This document shows, piece by piece, positions 41,001 to 42,900 of a stretch of DNA of 63,326 bases. The notes under the pieces are model-generated. The model searched no databases. It was not told the DNA's origin and saw only the letters and a program-made list of their open reading frames with translations. The stretch is from an uncultured Clostridia bacterium. GTDB taxonomy: Bacteria > Bacillota > Clostridia > Oscillospirales > Acutalibacteraceae. A program made the position numbers and the translations under genes. The stretch is taken from positions 1 through 63,326 of the forward strand of contig CAMVYG010000001.1 of the NCBI GenBank assembly GCA_947171615.1, in the 5' to 3' direction. Position 1 is the stretch's first letter. Every line of letters starts with the position of its first letter.

Positions 41001-42682
41001 TACCGCGCCTGTATTTTCAGCTCGCCTGCTTTTGCGTTGGCGGCGGTTTTGCCATCCTTATAGCTGAGCTTTACCTGGAGCGGTTTTGTTCCGTCCCACC
41101 TTACAAATCCATCCGGAGTCAGCTCGGCTCCGGCCTGGGGAGTAATGGCGAAAGTATCCTGCTGGCTGTCCAGAGAAAGCTCGATAATGCCGTTTCCAAA
41201 AAGCGCTCCGTACTGGTCCTGCACTTCTATCGTGAGGTCCAGTCCGTCTTCCTGGAACGCTCCCGCATCCTTGGAGGAAAGATCTATCTGACCGCTGCTT
41301 TTTCCGTCTTTATCCAAAACCGCTACCACCGTGGCCTTGGGATCGCTTTTGCGCAATTCGATTCCCAGGACCCGTTGGGGGGTGAAGGTGAGCCGGTCAT
41401 CCGCGGGCTCAGTGTCCATGTAAACCAGATTTCGGGACGCTCTGAAATAAACGTACAGATCTTCCCCGTCATTCTGGGCAGCCTCCGGCGTGATCAGAAG
41501 CTGACCGTTACGCATTTCTACCTGAGAATCCTCCGGGCCTACCAGCTCCGTAGCAAAGCTGACACCCTTGGGGAGCTTGTCTTCATCGGTGATGGGATTT
41601 CCCTGCTCATCACAGAACTCCCAGTACAAATCTGTAGGAACAAGCGTCGGAGTGAAAATATTTTTATCTCCGTCAACGCCCAGGATCCTGTTGGTATAAT
41701 CAAACTCAGTGGTTAAAGTTTTGCCCGCCTCAGGAACATCGATGGGATCAGCGGACATTTTAGGCCCTACATACAGATGCTCCACCGCGTTGGCGTTCCA
41801 GCCCGTATAATAAATACCAATATGCCATTTTTCGGGATCGTTTGAAAGATCCTCGCCGGTTTCGCCGATCTTATTGAGGATCTGGCGGTTGCTGTTATAG
41901 TTGATGCCGATGTTGGCGCTTTCGGGGGGTTCAACATCATAGAAATAACCCTCTTCATTGGTCTTGGTACCAACTTTTCTTGTATATTCCACAGCGCCGA
42001 TGGTATAGGCGGCCTGGCTGGACACAATGGCTTTTTCCTCATCATAGTGAGGATTAAGGTTGGACTTGACGTAGCCGATGTCGTCTGCCGTACCCAGACG
42101 GAAGCTGTTCTTTGTCAGGTTGCCCGCATCGTTATTTTTGACTTTGAAGTAAAGAGTACCCACCGGTACTTCCGTGTTTGGCGCCGCGCTGTTTTTCAGC
42201 GTGAACTCATAGCTCAGATACGTCCGGATAAGCTGTCCCTTTTCATCTCTATGAGGAACCACCACATATCTGCTCTGATTATCGTTCGCCTTGTCCTTCA
42301 TATTTCCCACGGCGTCCGTGAAGGCGCCCGAAGAAGCGCCCTCTACCAGGTCTCTGTCTGTTTTACCATAGCCGCCGGTGATACCCTTGTTCTCAGACAT
42401 CAGCAGAGGACCGGTGCCGTCAGCCTTATAGGGAGTTAACACCTTCGGGTCTACAGAGAATAGAATTCGGCCCGTGTGGAGGCCATAACTGCCTACACAT
42501 GTGGCCAATACCTCCATTTCCAGAATCCCGCTTTCAGGGTCAACGGGCTTTTTCTGCTCTAACCGGATCCCCGGATAAGCAGTATTGCCATCGACCACCC
42601 TGGCCGATGCCATGGGAATGCTGCTAAACAGCAGCGTGACCGCTAAAAGAAAGGATAACACCTGTTTCAGTTTCTTTTTCAT
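13253..42682 (-). CDS. P3: giant secreted repeat protein (about 9809 aa); putative cohesin-like head A, roughly 90 DQYG Ig-like repeats, C-terminal dockerin
   Basis: Uninterrupted 29.4-kb ORF; signal peptide MKKKLKQVLSFLLAVTLLFSSIPMASA. AAGGAG at 42693-42698 is better spaced to ATG 42682 than to GTG 42691. Cohesin-like motifs ILFSVDPKVLTP and VGTLYFKVK; dockerin loops DVDLDSNINGVD / DIDLDTNANGVD. Confidence 0.92.
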   Translation of the reverse strand: MKKKLKQVLSFLLAVTLLFSSIPMASARVVDGNTAYPGIRLEQKKPVDPESGILEMEVLATCVGSYGLHTGRILFSVDPKVLTPYKADGTGPLLMSENKGITGGYGKTDRDLVEGASSGAFTDAVGNMKDKANDNQSRYVVVPHRDEKGQLIRTYLSYEFTLKNSAAPNTEVPVGTLYFKVKNNDAGNLTKNSFRLGTADDIGYVKSNLNPHYDEEKAIVSSQAAYTIGAVEYTRKVGTKTNEEGYFYDVEPPESANIGINYNSNRQILNKIGETGEDLSNDPEKWHIGIYYTGWNANAVEHLYVGPKMSADPIDVPEAGKTLTTEFDYTNRILGVDGDKNIFTPTLVPTDLYWEFCDEQGNPITDEDKLPKGVSFATELVGPEDSQVEMRNGQLLITPEAAQNDGEDLYVYFRASRNLVYMDTEPADDRLTFTPQRVLGIELRKSDPKATVVAVLDKDGKSSGQIDLSSKDAGAFQEDGLDLTIEVQDQYGALFGNGIIELSLDSQQDTFAITPQAGAELTPDGFVRWDGTKPLQVKLSYKDGKTAANAKAGELKIQARYRPNGITDDSQDKLGEYTANLQKADSKLAKIELVRYTDQSYKNEDTSGTFPLPITIGGVSVPARTYYEVKFYDQYGVELSPEEHTELKDPALYQWGKGSDNGDDQVTIPPSPPDKDKPYRNTLSITNKCTAKEVSISVSVDPEGKIDEAVDTLTVTKGTSNFNGVRVTSNSYPDDTEEIPFQLQFATVDQYGADYTMSEEDRAKLSVKWEVDPAHVEEAAGKYTVTEDGILTVNKPASPDDYPEVYVRVTPTYNGITGDYADGTLKYGGARALASISLEMEEASFVVPEVGEDGKSGELRTPVTAKFYDQYGAPWSLKDGEAMKYTPERGQYTGVELVPGELNEKRTEQSLSFVITSEAAAGKLNLEAVSGNAKGSRPVTLTKDSSKVARALVINEAVRSMGSTVLETICYDQYGAQIPNNRLTIKWLKDKFETDPVSKLDGTIYASFDENLGKVTTFAGAKSVKVQFEASVQGASDEPVPSELTELKVVDAGEAASVTVTTDDETTVKIPEIGEDEPTVQFKAKVRDASGLDIGDETIVWDILGEHTGVSIDKTGLVTVSSLAEAGTYTVVAIEKNSGVYGTAKLFAEYDVSKQPHLASVDIAQSVVPTGDYTPLSLLYYDQYGKAYEKRADEQHTITYEPVKSAGTAEWTLRQASGSVKPNKGGTYYDIKVSVHSNLMASSEDKVSCTKRLYALEDGTDDLLKIPAYLDIQGPDTITLQHNTSYPFTSEQYTVALKNQFGKALGLRTYVDRIEWEFSAPGMEGASLTTRDGEGKNDKQNQFGDIVLNQQVPEGTVRLKVTYRDKQGNITDLVGIKDVKIVHAAEGKRTLGKAEITNRRLRPGDTTMLNARVYDKFGTELLDSDAVKLTWSLEDAPAGVEIVNDNQISVPGSVTEGTVNVSLTAEYSGSQITVSQPLTISGDESVLTSMEVRNVLGGLHMYIPPVGADGSNVERLSVYRAVGYDQFGDSMGTPTGVQWSMQNEPVGLSYTQSGVVRINSVTNPSAATTILATAPKTDGSWLNASAVFSVGYEPDVLTSLKIKTKKVYKDPEKEENVAYLKAEYLNQYGLPMQPTDALVWNKGEGEGFGWCNGDTVSLTGAGAVKYNQFAQWFYVTVESANHPEIKSKESKIEVSGEKPYVDQLFLTVKDSPLMANPYKDGVSQVTQTEVRPFARDQYGAEFKDFTGTNKLTWSIVDTPDQNITIAAKQNPALDPSATLSIWSTTPAGNVTVKAATDNAAQSQPVVVATGVAKIVREEPTLIGIRMKTPNSMAATTLPVQLEYEFFDQYHDTVEIEGASATWQLVSSKEADSTAGKATVSSEGVLVMGDTTTEITVTITPVGDAVKNVAPITETITIGRDAPKAKRVEIVKYNGEIPVHVPRFGSSDAKVEYIARVYDQYDKEIDGRLFNWNFEKSIEGVTVTGETVVIDGKTVNKGTVSVSSKAASALEQTMLLTAVDRSSGVSGSTSFSILSEREESVLTNVTTRERFLPPAKGSEQSAQLELHPVYLDQYGREMEYRPEEILWNVVSVQPEKATAEFSLLPSDPRNLLIYSSTAKDVGITITVDNKTYGPIYLYQAGESQLTTIKVEGKTNSVNAGSGAVKFTATPYDQYDKKMDQSVLDGVVWSLVGAPEGVTIDQTGSLIASIYAEKKQDVAVLAKDYTTGIVGKTFIDITRTGDAFKAHSLEIYNTNFPSSTGEYRLEAAVYDQFHIEIPTTPGDFTWTKDAGKKATITRGADGTSRIRFAAGENEVGVTVDYTGSDPENLGLIGLSTHDILKVGGDPSVLKKIVVRRAVGDGPVAIPAQTDGQDKQISVSYEAYGIDQYGLDIHDGTPLNNVKWLVSGASSKGLSINEYGVLTVSSSAEEGKAIITAVDGSTGIFGTVELMLTKEESVFSSIGVRQKKLLPRQNVQLEAVYYDQYGRETFPRGHEVWEKRDAQPADTAVEVSQGGFVTFGGKFDTTSLTVQVEAAKIKSGDVTIPVSSDPKMPTSVEVKLAEGSSVPVRVNGKDAQQISFTATVYDQYSEAYTPEDLANGKVQIRWSVQNAPVGTVIDPATGTVTVPATAEEIPDVRVVATCWVDDAQTEASGYHEFAVVREAARLSGVEIVESGFPAGEQKGILTLRYLDQFGGEMNRPSTAAATWETTTPGVILTKQENQNAEIVFVSATSAHVKVSVLPDAGTAVPLTDEADITLGTERYLSKIVVTPHPVGGVRVPDIANSDSPSTKAFTAQGYDQYGAEIDTHLIWSLGDKDSAISISQTGILTVRSGAPEMKMTVYATDSDTGVYGTYEVDIIRDPSVFTYLEVKQKALPNDKQSMVLEPVWLDQYKKEMSRQGSVSWKLVKHDGYMTGIKNNSDGYTATLEPLDPTTTWVVVEATCRGVSTGEVLLQRTDKDEYVAKVEIARTGATGAIVVPPKASAQKETASYQAHVYNQYGDEMTGREVTWEVESSTGGVSIDQNGVVSVSSAAYSEEVRVIAREKESGKSGTATLVIKRASPEFTSAAIKNDYIPRAQNPFTLTAVALDQYGEEMAGYDKVEWTLPDGADGDTYFASPESGTLHFKASLNTVKVQAKVTVGTMSPVATKEIPLSDEAPELREIKVTRTDGFGILYIPYGNQPSAHADYTAVGIDQYLQPMQGLQVNWELRGAPKGVTFPDAAGAAQNQLSVAPNTAPGSIQIVATELNDGKQNKISGRTIQILDRSPSELKNIEVRENSLPYGTEVVQLHADYFDQYETPIDYKGVSEWYVPQTEPESLLNEVSITPHGGLLTLTKDVQAVYVRVSASGTMSRTKRIVIGGDPHTARVEITKDPDGRVVSVPSYDGEIAKNNTYQFTATSYDQYGSETEGKFGWYLDNAPEGISITQGGLFTVTSDAPEKTQVRVVAVDLLSGVEGEYIIDLVHGIPQESRANIKEDEIEGEKTTQLTAQMLDQFGEPMSFTDRPVWSCENDGGTVIDAEGRITPKKGAASVTVTLVLGDKSTTKTLRVGGKRVLDRIEVTGSTEIALVPGAEPQPERYTAVGYDQYGNEFSAVFTWKLEGAPEGMAINASTGRVTVRQDVVATRNIKVVAVSEAAGISGSLMVDLTYADSVLSAIGVRETGVPGGKRSFTLTPVFYDQYGKEIEHSGPVFWEVVGSHPQNSVTVNESGVFEILRDDVTEVTVRVTAVGETIAPAVVALPVGGGERQATTVEVTRKGPDGDVIIPGLYDSAFAVFQAKVFDQYHQEMTGSFFWNISGNPAGVSISSGGVVSVDSSAQEGTIEIVAVDSLSNVRGVAYLTLRKADRKLSFINVLTEKVPADTRTGTLLAEYKDQYGEAIDYKGASIWVMAESSSDKTTLKGDQLYIDDRDGYAVVYVTAKGVTSPTAKITVGDESSDALVSVGMSGLETVYAPLPGDPAKTADYPVKAYTAAGDEKTGIAVNYTVTGLPADCGISFDTATGKLTVTDEAAALAKLPLQMEITATHNTGGKTLSDAKNVTVVREMPALKNIVIQPEGTDPAKIPSDAKDLQLTAKFYDQYDQEMVYGGVCQWNLENAVPAGTVKLTSDGKVTVKDTTVEFTVQVATVSNKKVIASPVKTFQVGQAQSLSSIKVEEATGLKDGFTVEVPSYQGGKEQYEAKQFVAKAYDQYGFEMELGAPFIWELDPTISGISVNQGGRVLISSSAPKNRTVTVKASSNTGIVSGTAWFVTDYESDNAFAGVRVDTLAVPFDDGTFRLKASAIDEHGQVLGDSVTLNNGYDFRWELLDYPDSVKENPPILVENSGWLSWTKVPAEGKPAMQVGDTVLVRVWAKPAGAGDEAFRESKPAAIRLGGEAKAVRLEIVPDTGIDPDVAVTENGISVTVPEAKHGSAAKSAWVTVEAYDQYGRKLDGAGNPWAETYKKDFIWSYSDNNEQTVSLKTAAGEDQRTATIQVETGAPKKDHINVGVQLSIVDKVHEDGKNEVRDLYASIELSVRHKDSKLSGISVREKYLRQIVHPGLELTPLFYDQYGDRMPSPAIGVGTYHWNISEDGDGKERVTPEGSVVIADPSRGALTLDGTEEEVYIDVAYDDDTDGIHLSEQNHRITFGDDEKPYKIELNRVGGDPVLVPEPVNGQDQTTLVSYTTTVVNQFDEELDSSNIIWQMSPANLEGVTLNTAGNTAAFVITSKAPGNYQEVTITATERESGLAKSDVVTLVRKPSVLKSVRVKDRQVPPEENFQLSYEVVDQYNTVFDYLPQNPPVWTLVDKGEDAVLTSDGKLTMNRSEKVVVKVEVDGIVSPDQTLTLGQRAYLDTMKITGAEQIEVWGDKGILIDHEKEKTEKEYICYGFDQYGRPWNDVGEPVWEAHSNYITDLTIERQEKKDHAILTVPKGAVEGTFITIEATTPTTRYDNDGNPVEGTVIGSLVAETVYEKSYAAKVEINEIGFPADTQDGQLTLTYYDQYGNIIAEPAGAKFTWSSVPAGHVDDKGLFHFGPDNSPVDVTVKVVYTNHEGKEIELTDDANLVAGDAARADHIKVSRLNGKVNAIQIPDVNPFYEAMTAKLYDQYNRLYTDPVFGTEQYYWSLENISDSTVSINYETGMVIVTAQARPEMVQVKAVGRNTGLYDDTFWLKLDRPDSADLLLDHVKITSRQMPPDDGAMPMQLAYYNLENKQIEKPEQATVEWSIDQSKTEPAGANPSIDRSSGLLARNGATSITVKAVVTDPEQKDDIGNARTFEDIVTLTVGAEAKFSKIAVTLEDEAGNEVTEQAVPKQGEPDAAIYAKAQPLDQYGRKWDKTENIIFTIDPPADGVSVGQDSGKVAVNSLTAGGTVTVKASSKDGVARPGTASFKALREESELKQVEILLTQKEDDYYLLPKEAATTGVLLNARYIDQYGKEMAAPKEAAWSVALESGAAASIDAKTGLLKMDGTATVTLDSGKPGISDTKKVKVTDIAAKVDSITVRRTDGEGNIMVPAGSGRSSASFAATVLDQFGTIMKNEAVKWLLPDNYDGITIDPAVGTVLVTKEAPAKNGIRVVAMHQSGVNGSTTFNTVHGKSVLDRIQIAPIQFEFAPGADVTTQLRAICYDQYGTVMEDPGILYWEKLDSNPQGTAEAPTVTLSTDGLLTPLIDTLETVDVQVTVRDYDTGYDIKSSEVTRLKVGLPPRLAALRVTADKNYIDVPAKVEDKSSGVTEIRDGEEKLNLTVTPVDQYGNEYTAYTGDFSWQVKTPIDGVTVVGDAADKNHGIVTVTSGAPQETDIEIEVSAEGNTKGTLFFDTYRSDPKKWYLTVKEDGAVLPPQDGQLTAVYRDQYGDLFEQETPANCLWTLYSVTPDSSIEMANKTENPAKFTYKGAKSLSVHVTDGEKTSPISTMTFGDTTERYLTTLVLEKQPADQVVAVPEPGKADNQFSYVVKKYLDQYGDEYPVEGTPEISWKLNGSHPGVTMDENTGVVTVTSAAADAVTIEVTATETKSGAFGTAKFVTKRRPSEFTSLEVREDAIPAGDLKPTLTAKYLDQYGTEMNYEAASPRWTLDSSVPEGATIGETTGQLNLSSETTSVTVLVKDAGTGKISPKKTLPVGLDPYVARVEVKRIDGTGDIIVPAIGTLAISKEAVFSATFYDQYGTSWTPEADEVVWTLNGAGAGVSVAPDQGENGKGRGVVTVEPGAESVTGIKVTATARENGVSSYDLLTVRREARKITSIAIKNSSLPVVTGENNTVTLKAIAQDQYGSEMEGRTFLWTLGKITPAGDHAAVSSDQLTYDKQLKDVEVTVEDRESGLKISKTLSVKDLGEPVPAEISVKRVSGSAVMSIPTLQQGTATVQFQASVYDQYGQEMSGQQCDWSIEDILDKTSITVDNAGLVTITPKAPVQNVIKVRAAIGSVYGEASFATSKEESVLTSTGLLQEKVRPGTATQLTALYYDQYGQEMVYLGTPVWKNIYTSNIMVTNEEGKQVVLGELISLDENTGLLTIEPISPEDLKDDKAKIQVSITAEGATGTGWLTIVEEGEPELTTVKVDQIGGAAAVIGPAVASYKAEGYDQYGSLYPMDEVWSLEGSPRDSAINQNGVVTVGAEEAPDTYKVVAADRNTRKSGSADLMVITNMPKLKDIILSPSALNPTKSSITLSAVAIDQYGNPMSGLGTPIYSVITWEGGSASQVYVAGDVLHYDRENTTSVTVEVVIGGTTVRKTLTKGDLPRIASIALSADSNQLIIPAKGEQPAVSKITATVLDQYGEVVTAPYQNTYWSLSGAGKGITLEENPDKDGTAVLSVESGAESGSEVIVTLTQAETSITGKTKIKVEAAPSILTTLGIAPQAVKNGQGRLHTVYFDQYGKEMPKPAEVTGVTWSLGDFDANGSTPVLTPAGDETDLTMNGCEYADVKAQAAMGGNTLEAAARITSEQEENSRSESITVTRVSGSGNVEILPSAPVTVTYKATVLDQFGQEIKPALTWSLTGAPSGVSIDRNTGVVTVGANAEPADGIRVTAMDISTGKYGEAVLNLVRGESYAISVQITTQQAQDKAVTQLAAQYKDQYGQPVAAPATAVWSLVGTPDKAVLFSDGRLDLTAGYEADSIDVQVSYGSACQDTKTLAVVHEDDPNYKNVLTDVKVFHLGDGSVTLNNTGDTTAEFGYTAYDQYGNVMLPGESDSVTWKLTGKAPDNYSIPDTKVGAIVAAEGAKPQNQVGIEGTVRIGTAKSGTAAVDFVEEEPRLAYAEVLSAKVPRKAVQLTAKYLDQFGNAAATPANVRWTLTGQKPEGAGAYLTADGILYPGPTATEVTVMVTADGVDSAEKAIPVIDDLEQKVDRVEVYQIYGSSTVAVPKQSETPPTLIYGARILDEYSNIILDRGCDWQIENMPTGVEIQKTQQTQSSVTVQSSAAAGTVTVMATEPKSAKSGTASLTLTKESSVVNTVEIRNDMVAPQSTTELELVWKDQYGMEMDVSGSSVISQWNVDSFELRSAAEDAVKPSFANGGDNDSMLSSGDAAKITVSVDAEMNDTSYHASKTILVGDEPAKASYLSVTGPDEVQLSSTKDTIANFTSIVRDQYGGKLAFAAGTYSWKTEVGSITTNGKNGVQVTYAAKTPSTEDVVQVTLATGTGSSPITGKKQVTLRQETPVLSRIEITSKALPAKENGDLSMTLGVKYLDQNGEPMPAPADALWSIDAQQGTPPEGVDTPREAAFRTESDARNGVLWVPTDVDSVTVKVAAGGQSATANLARDSSYLLPEEAVELNVTRLKGSGAIYIPVSGQDRYGFGAQLLDAHGNVVTPAAESPVTWKTVPAVNGAGMTASEEDATVGILTVSNNAAPKNGVKVTASYKSLSDDVEVNLVRKASELAGITLEAGDTDNGVIQLVVNYIDQYGAKMDKPDGIIPLFQITGKTMDDAASAPVDPMVSSSGLLTFQDALEVTVKAVTSDGRFEDSKTFDREQAQPDLTPVVTVTRVLKPGEVDGPVTVPTGNTPVKLTFQAESKNIDSPSFLWSLDGASSDVTCTVDSTTGKLTVTVPRTAKAAPVVTVTAQESGTKVSGTASFSILRQESKLTDVAVRPVQIAPDKTSVVLSAVGLDQYGEEMELPENYAIAVDLENLTTLPELTEEQKAALTYDESTRTLGEIPAETQIIKFPATVTFTDATGKERTFEKEVTITRGEAPRISEIKVTGPSRGLIQATEAISLTGFDAKAYDQYGDEIEMPASAKWELFGAPAGVTFEIDEAGVVTVQVPAKAKEASGVTLRLCDYASGVSGSQKFDLVRDYSAGVQLTSVGIQESAVRRGADTTLTPQYFDQFDEEIAGYIPLGDSWKIEAPESGVAIDEQGKLTITDDTLTGFTVTYTADEKSVTKSITISGETPVPAGITVTRNTGSGPVMIPVSGKTNVAYTAEVLDQYSRPITSGLDLVWGVENAPASVAASGSGRNGMFTVDSAALEAKDIRITVADRGSGVSGSATVDIAREDSVCFGIKIDPTVVPYMSINYQMKVKYLDQYGNEMAQPAHTAPVWTMLSEVPEYVTLTSDGKVSTFAWGGQFRVRAALSEFIQDEAEITTSDHKIEEEQLSEVVLRAQSPVTVSPTADQQVQVYSRVFGEFGTEFTDTEGLILTWNGTDENGVLTVPQNSESKTYQISAEAALAGAGTASGDVSVYASHAYPQPTTVKILTRAVSRKAPHLVAEVLDQYGEKITGAEIQWALSEAVEGVTVAENGVTSIAEGVEKFSVTASSGEATPDTQEITVSDEEPVPTEIIITRLDVKGSDAITAPGTAQYSAEVKDQFGGRVDVKNMVWAIDPYVIGVDVDRNGNVTVYDTAATGPAVLTVSAAGLEAEKTLSITGKEYSAIAGLEIMPNSVPEGTETVELKASFLDSYGSYMGSADETVKYGEPAALAPEGAAPSMEGHTLTMGGATSVKVTGSAQKDGKYCTGEQTINVVEEGTPSEVTWIHVEAVEGVTDGTMIVPLMKDADTPGTETAKFKATPYDQYGQPMESGIVWSIQSRPKGVSIDQNGVLTLTSEAVSGRYLVEATAANGISGTYTLEVKRELTEDQLTFTFLKVEDVVLKSSETQGDLKMKFLDQYGDETAAPAFTGEADTWTLEAAKPDGTIGSVTLTPSGDYQSVTVAMGSAKLAVVKASITVDGTEYTASGSIGYPSESIPAEAGLDFKITNENGATPDTITYWQKHPEVENALQEGDVVRVYARGDSENSFKLVGQFTHEPLLNATAELLSKLQSYLPVEGGVAYITRQGDGMESEPYPITMDKPFGAETQTYIADYLQITQGAGSAPQNPLTVAPGADFESVKAQFPGVIKVVSSTGNALTFGAVGSEYYVMGAGDVATKIDKTYIDTLWSQSYNSGRWKTDHKISIVLPEVVDKEGQAVISQPVGKTYTAYFYIREGDKAATGTVVTRIEEPRTLNLTAGMVSAEQTLLDLVADLDEPGYQYYLGESETPEEGFLKRMTALPEAPADQDFVGWTLGEQTAEGKWQPMAALQDTTLEQDDRDALIAEALANRENSGKLALIACPDYATPGYTVNAENYPYIAVPINLYSVEENPLQLTEGNNDVWKSLKPDSEASDAAKTAAQKYLDNLNAELGEDAQRDAASFKDELVFYYKIEGNKNEETLLEQNGNKEYVEKYTNPYLLEDGTEGTEADYSRLIESIAGTAIGDVLAGNEDAEITITEKVLGDDGYGTQRAALVDGHIQPNTGDSLTNYYDSSAATSSVVRGTEYYQIEYKVKVGTSVYVATRNVKLGYRTGDVDLDSNINGVDAGFVTAYVNRAFNAFCDEKGEAIASLYRTVMDIDLDTNANGVDAGFITAYVNRTYDIPPMRF
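15290..41350 (-). repeat. Array of diverged ~80-110 aa DQYG-containing Ig-like domains within P3
   Basis: Recurrent x-D-Q-(Y/F)-G...W...G(V/I)(S/T)I...G.(L/V)TV pattern, seen in the DNA as recurrent CCGTACTG(A/G)TC. Boundaries approximate. Confidence 0.9.
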
Positions 42683-42794
42683 GTGAGCCACTCTCCTTAC
42701 TTTCTTGTATCAGCAGAATTAATTCTTGTGTTTATTCTTAAATTTTTCGCCACTTTCGGCGGCGAAGAACAATAGAAAAATAAAATTCAGGACT

Positions 42795-42857
42795 GGGCTG
42801 CCCTGAGCAGAGAAAATAAGAAGTTTTTCTCTTATTCTCTCTGCTCAGGGCGGTCCC
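42795..42857 (-). promoter_or_regulatory. Long intergenic hairpin between P2 and P3
   Basis: GCCCTGAGCAGAGAAAATAAG-loop-CTTATTCTCTCTGCTCAGGGC (~21-bp stem) with no adjacent U-tract on the coding strand; small extra hairpins near 42746-42767 and 42876-42891. Confidence 0.7.
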
Positions 42858-42900
42858 CCTTAGGGATCGCCTGAGCCCCGATAACTCGGGGATAGTTCAC

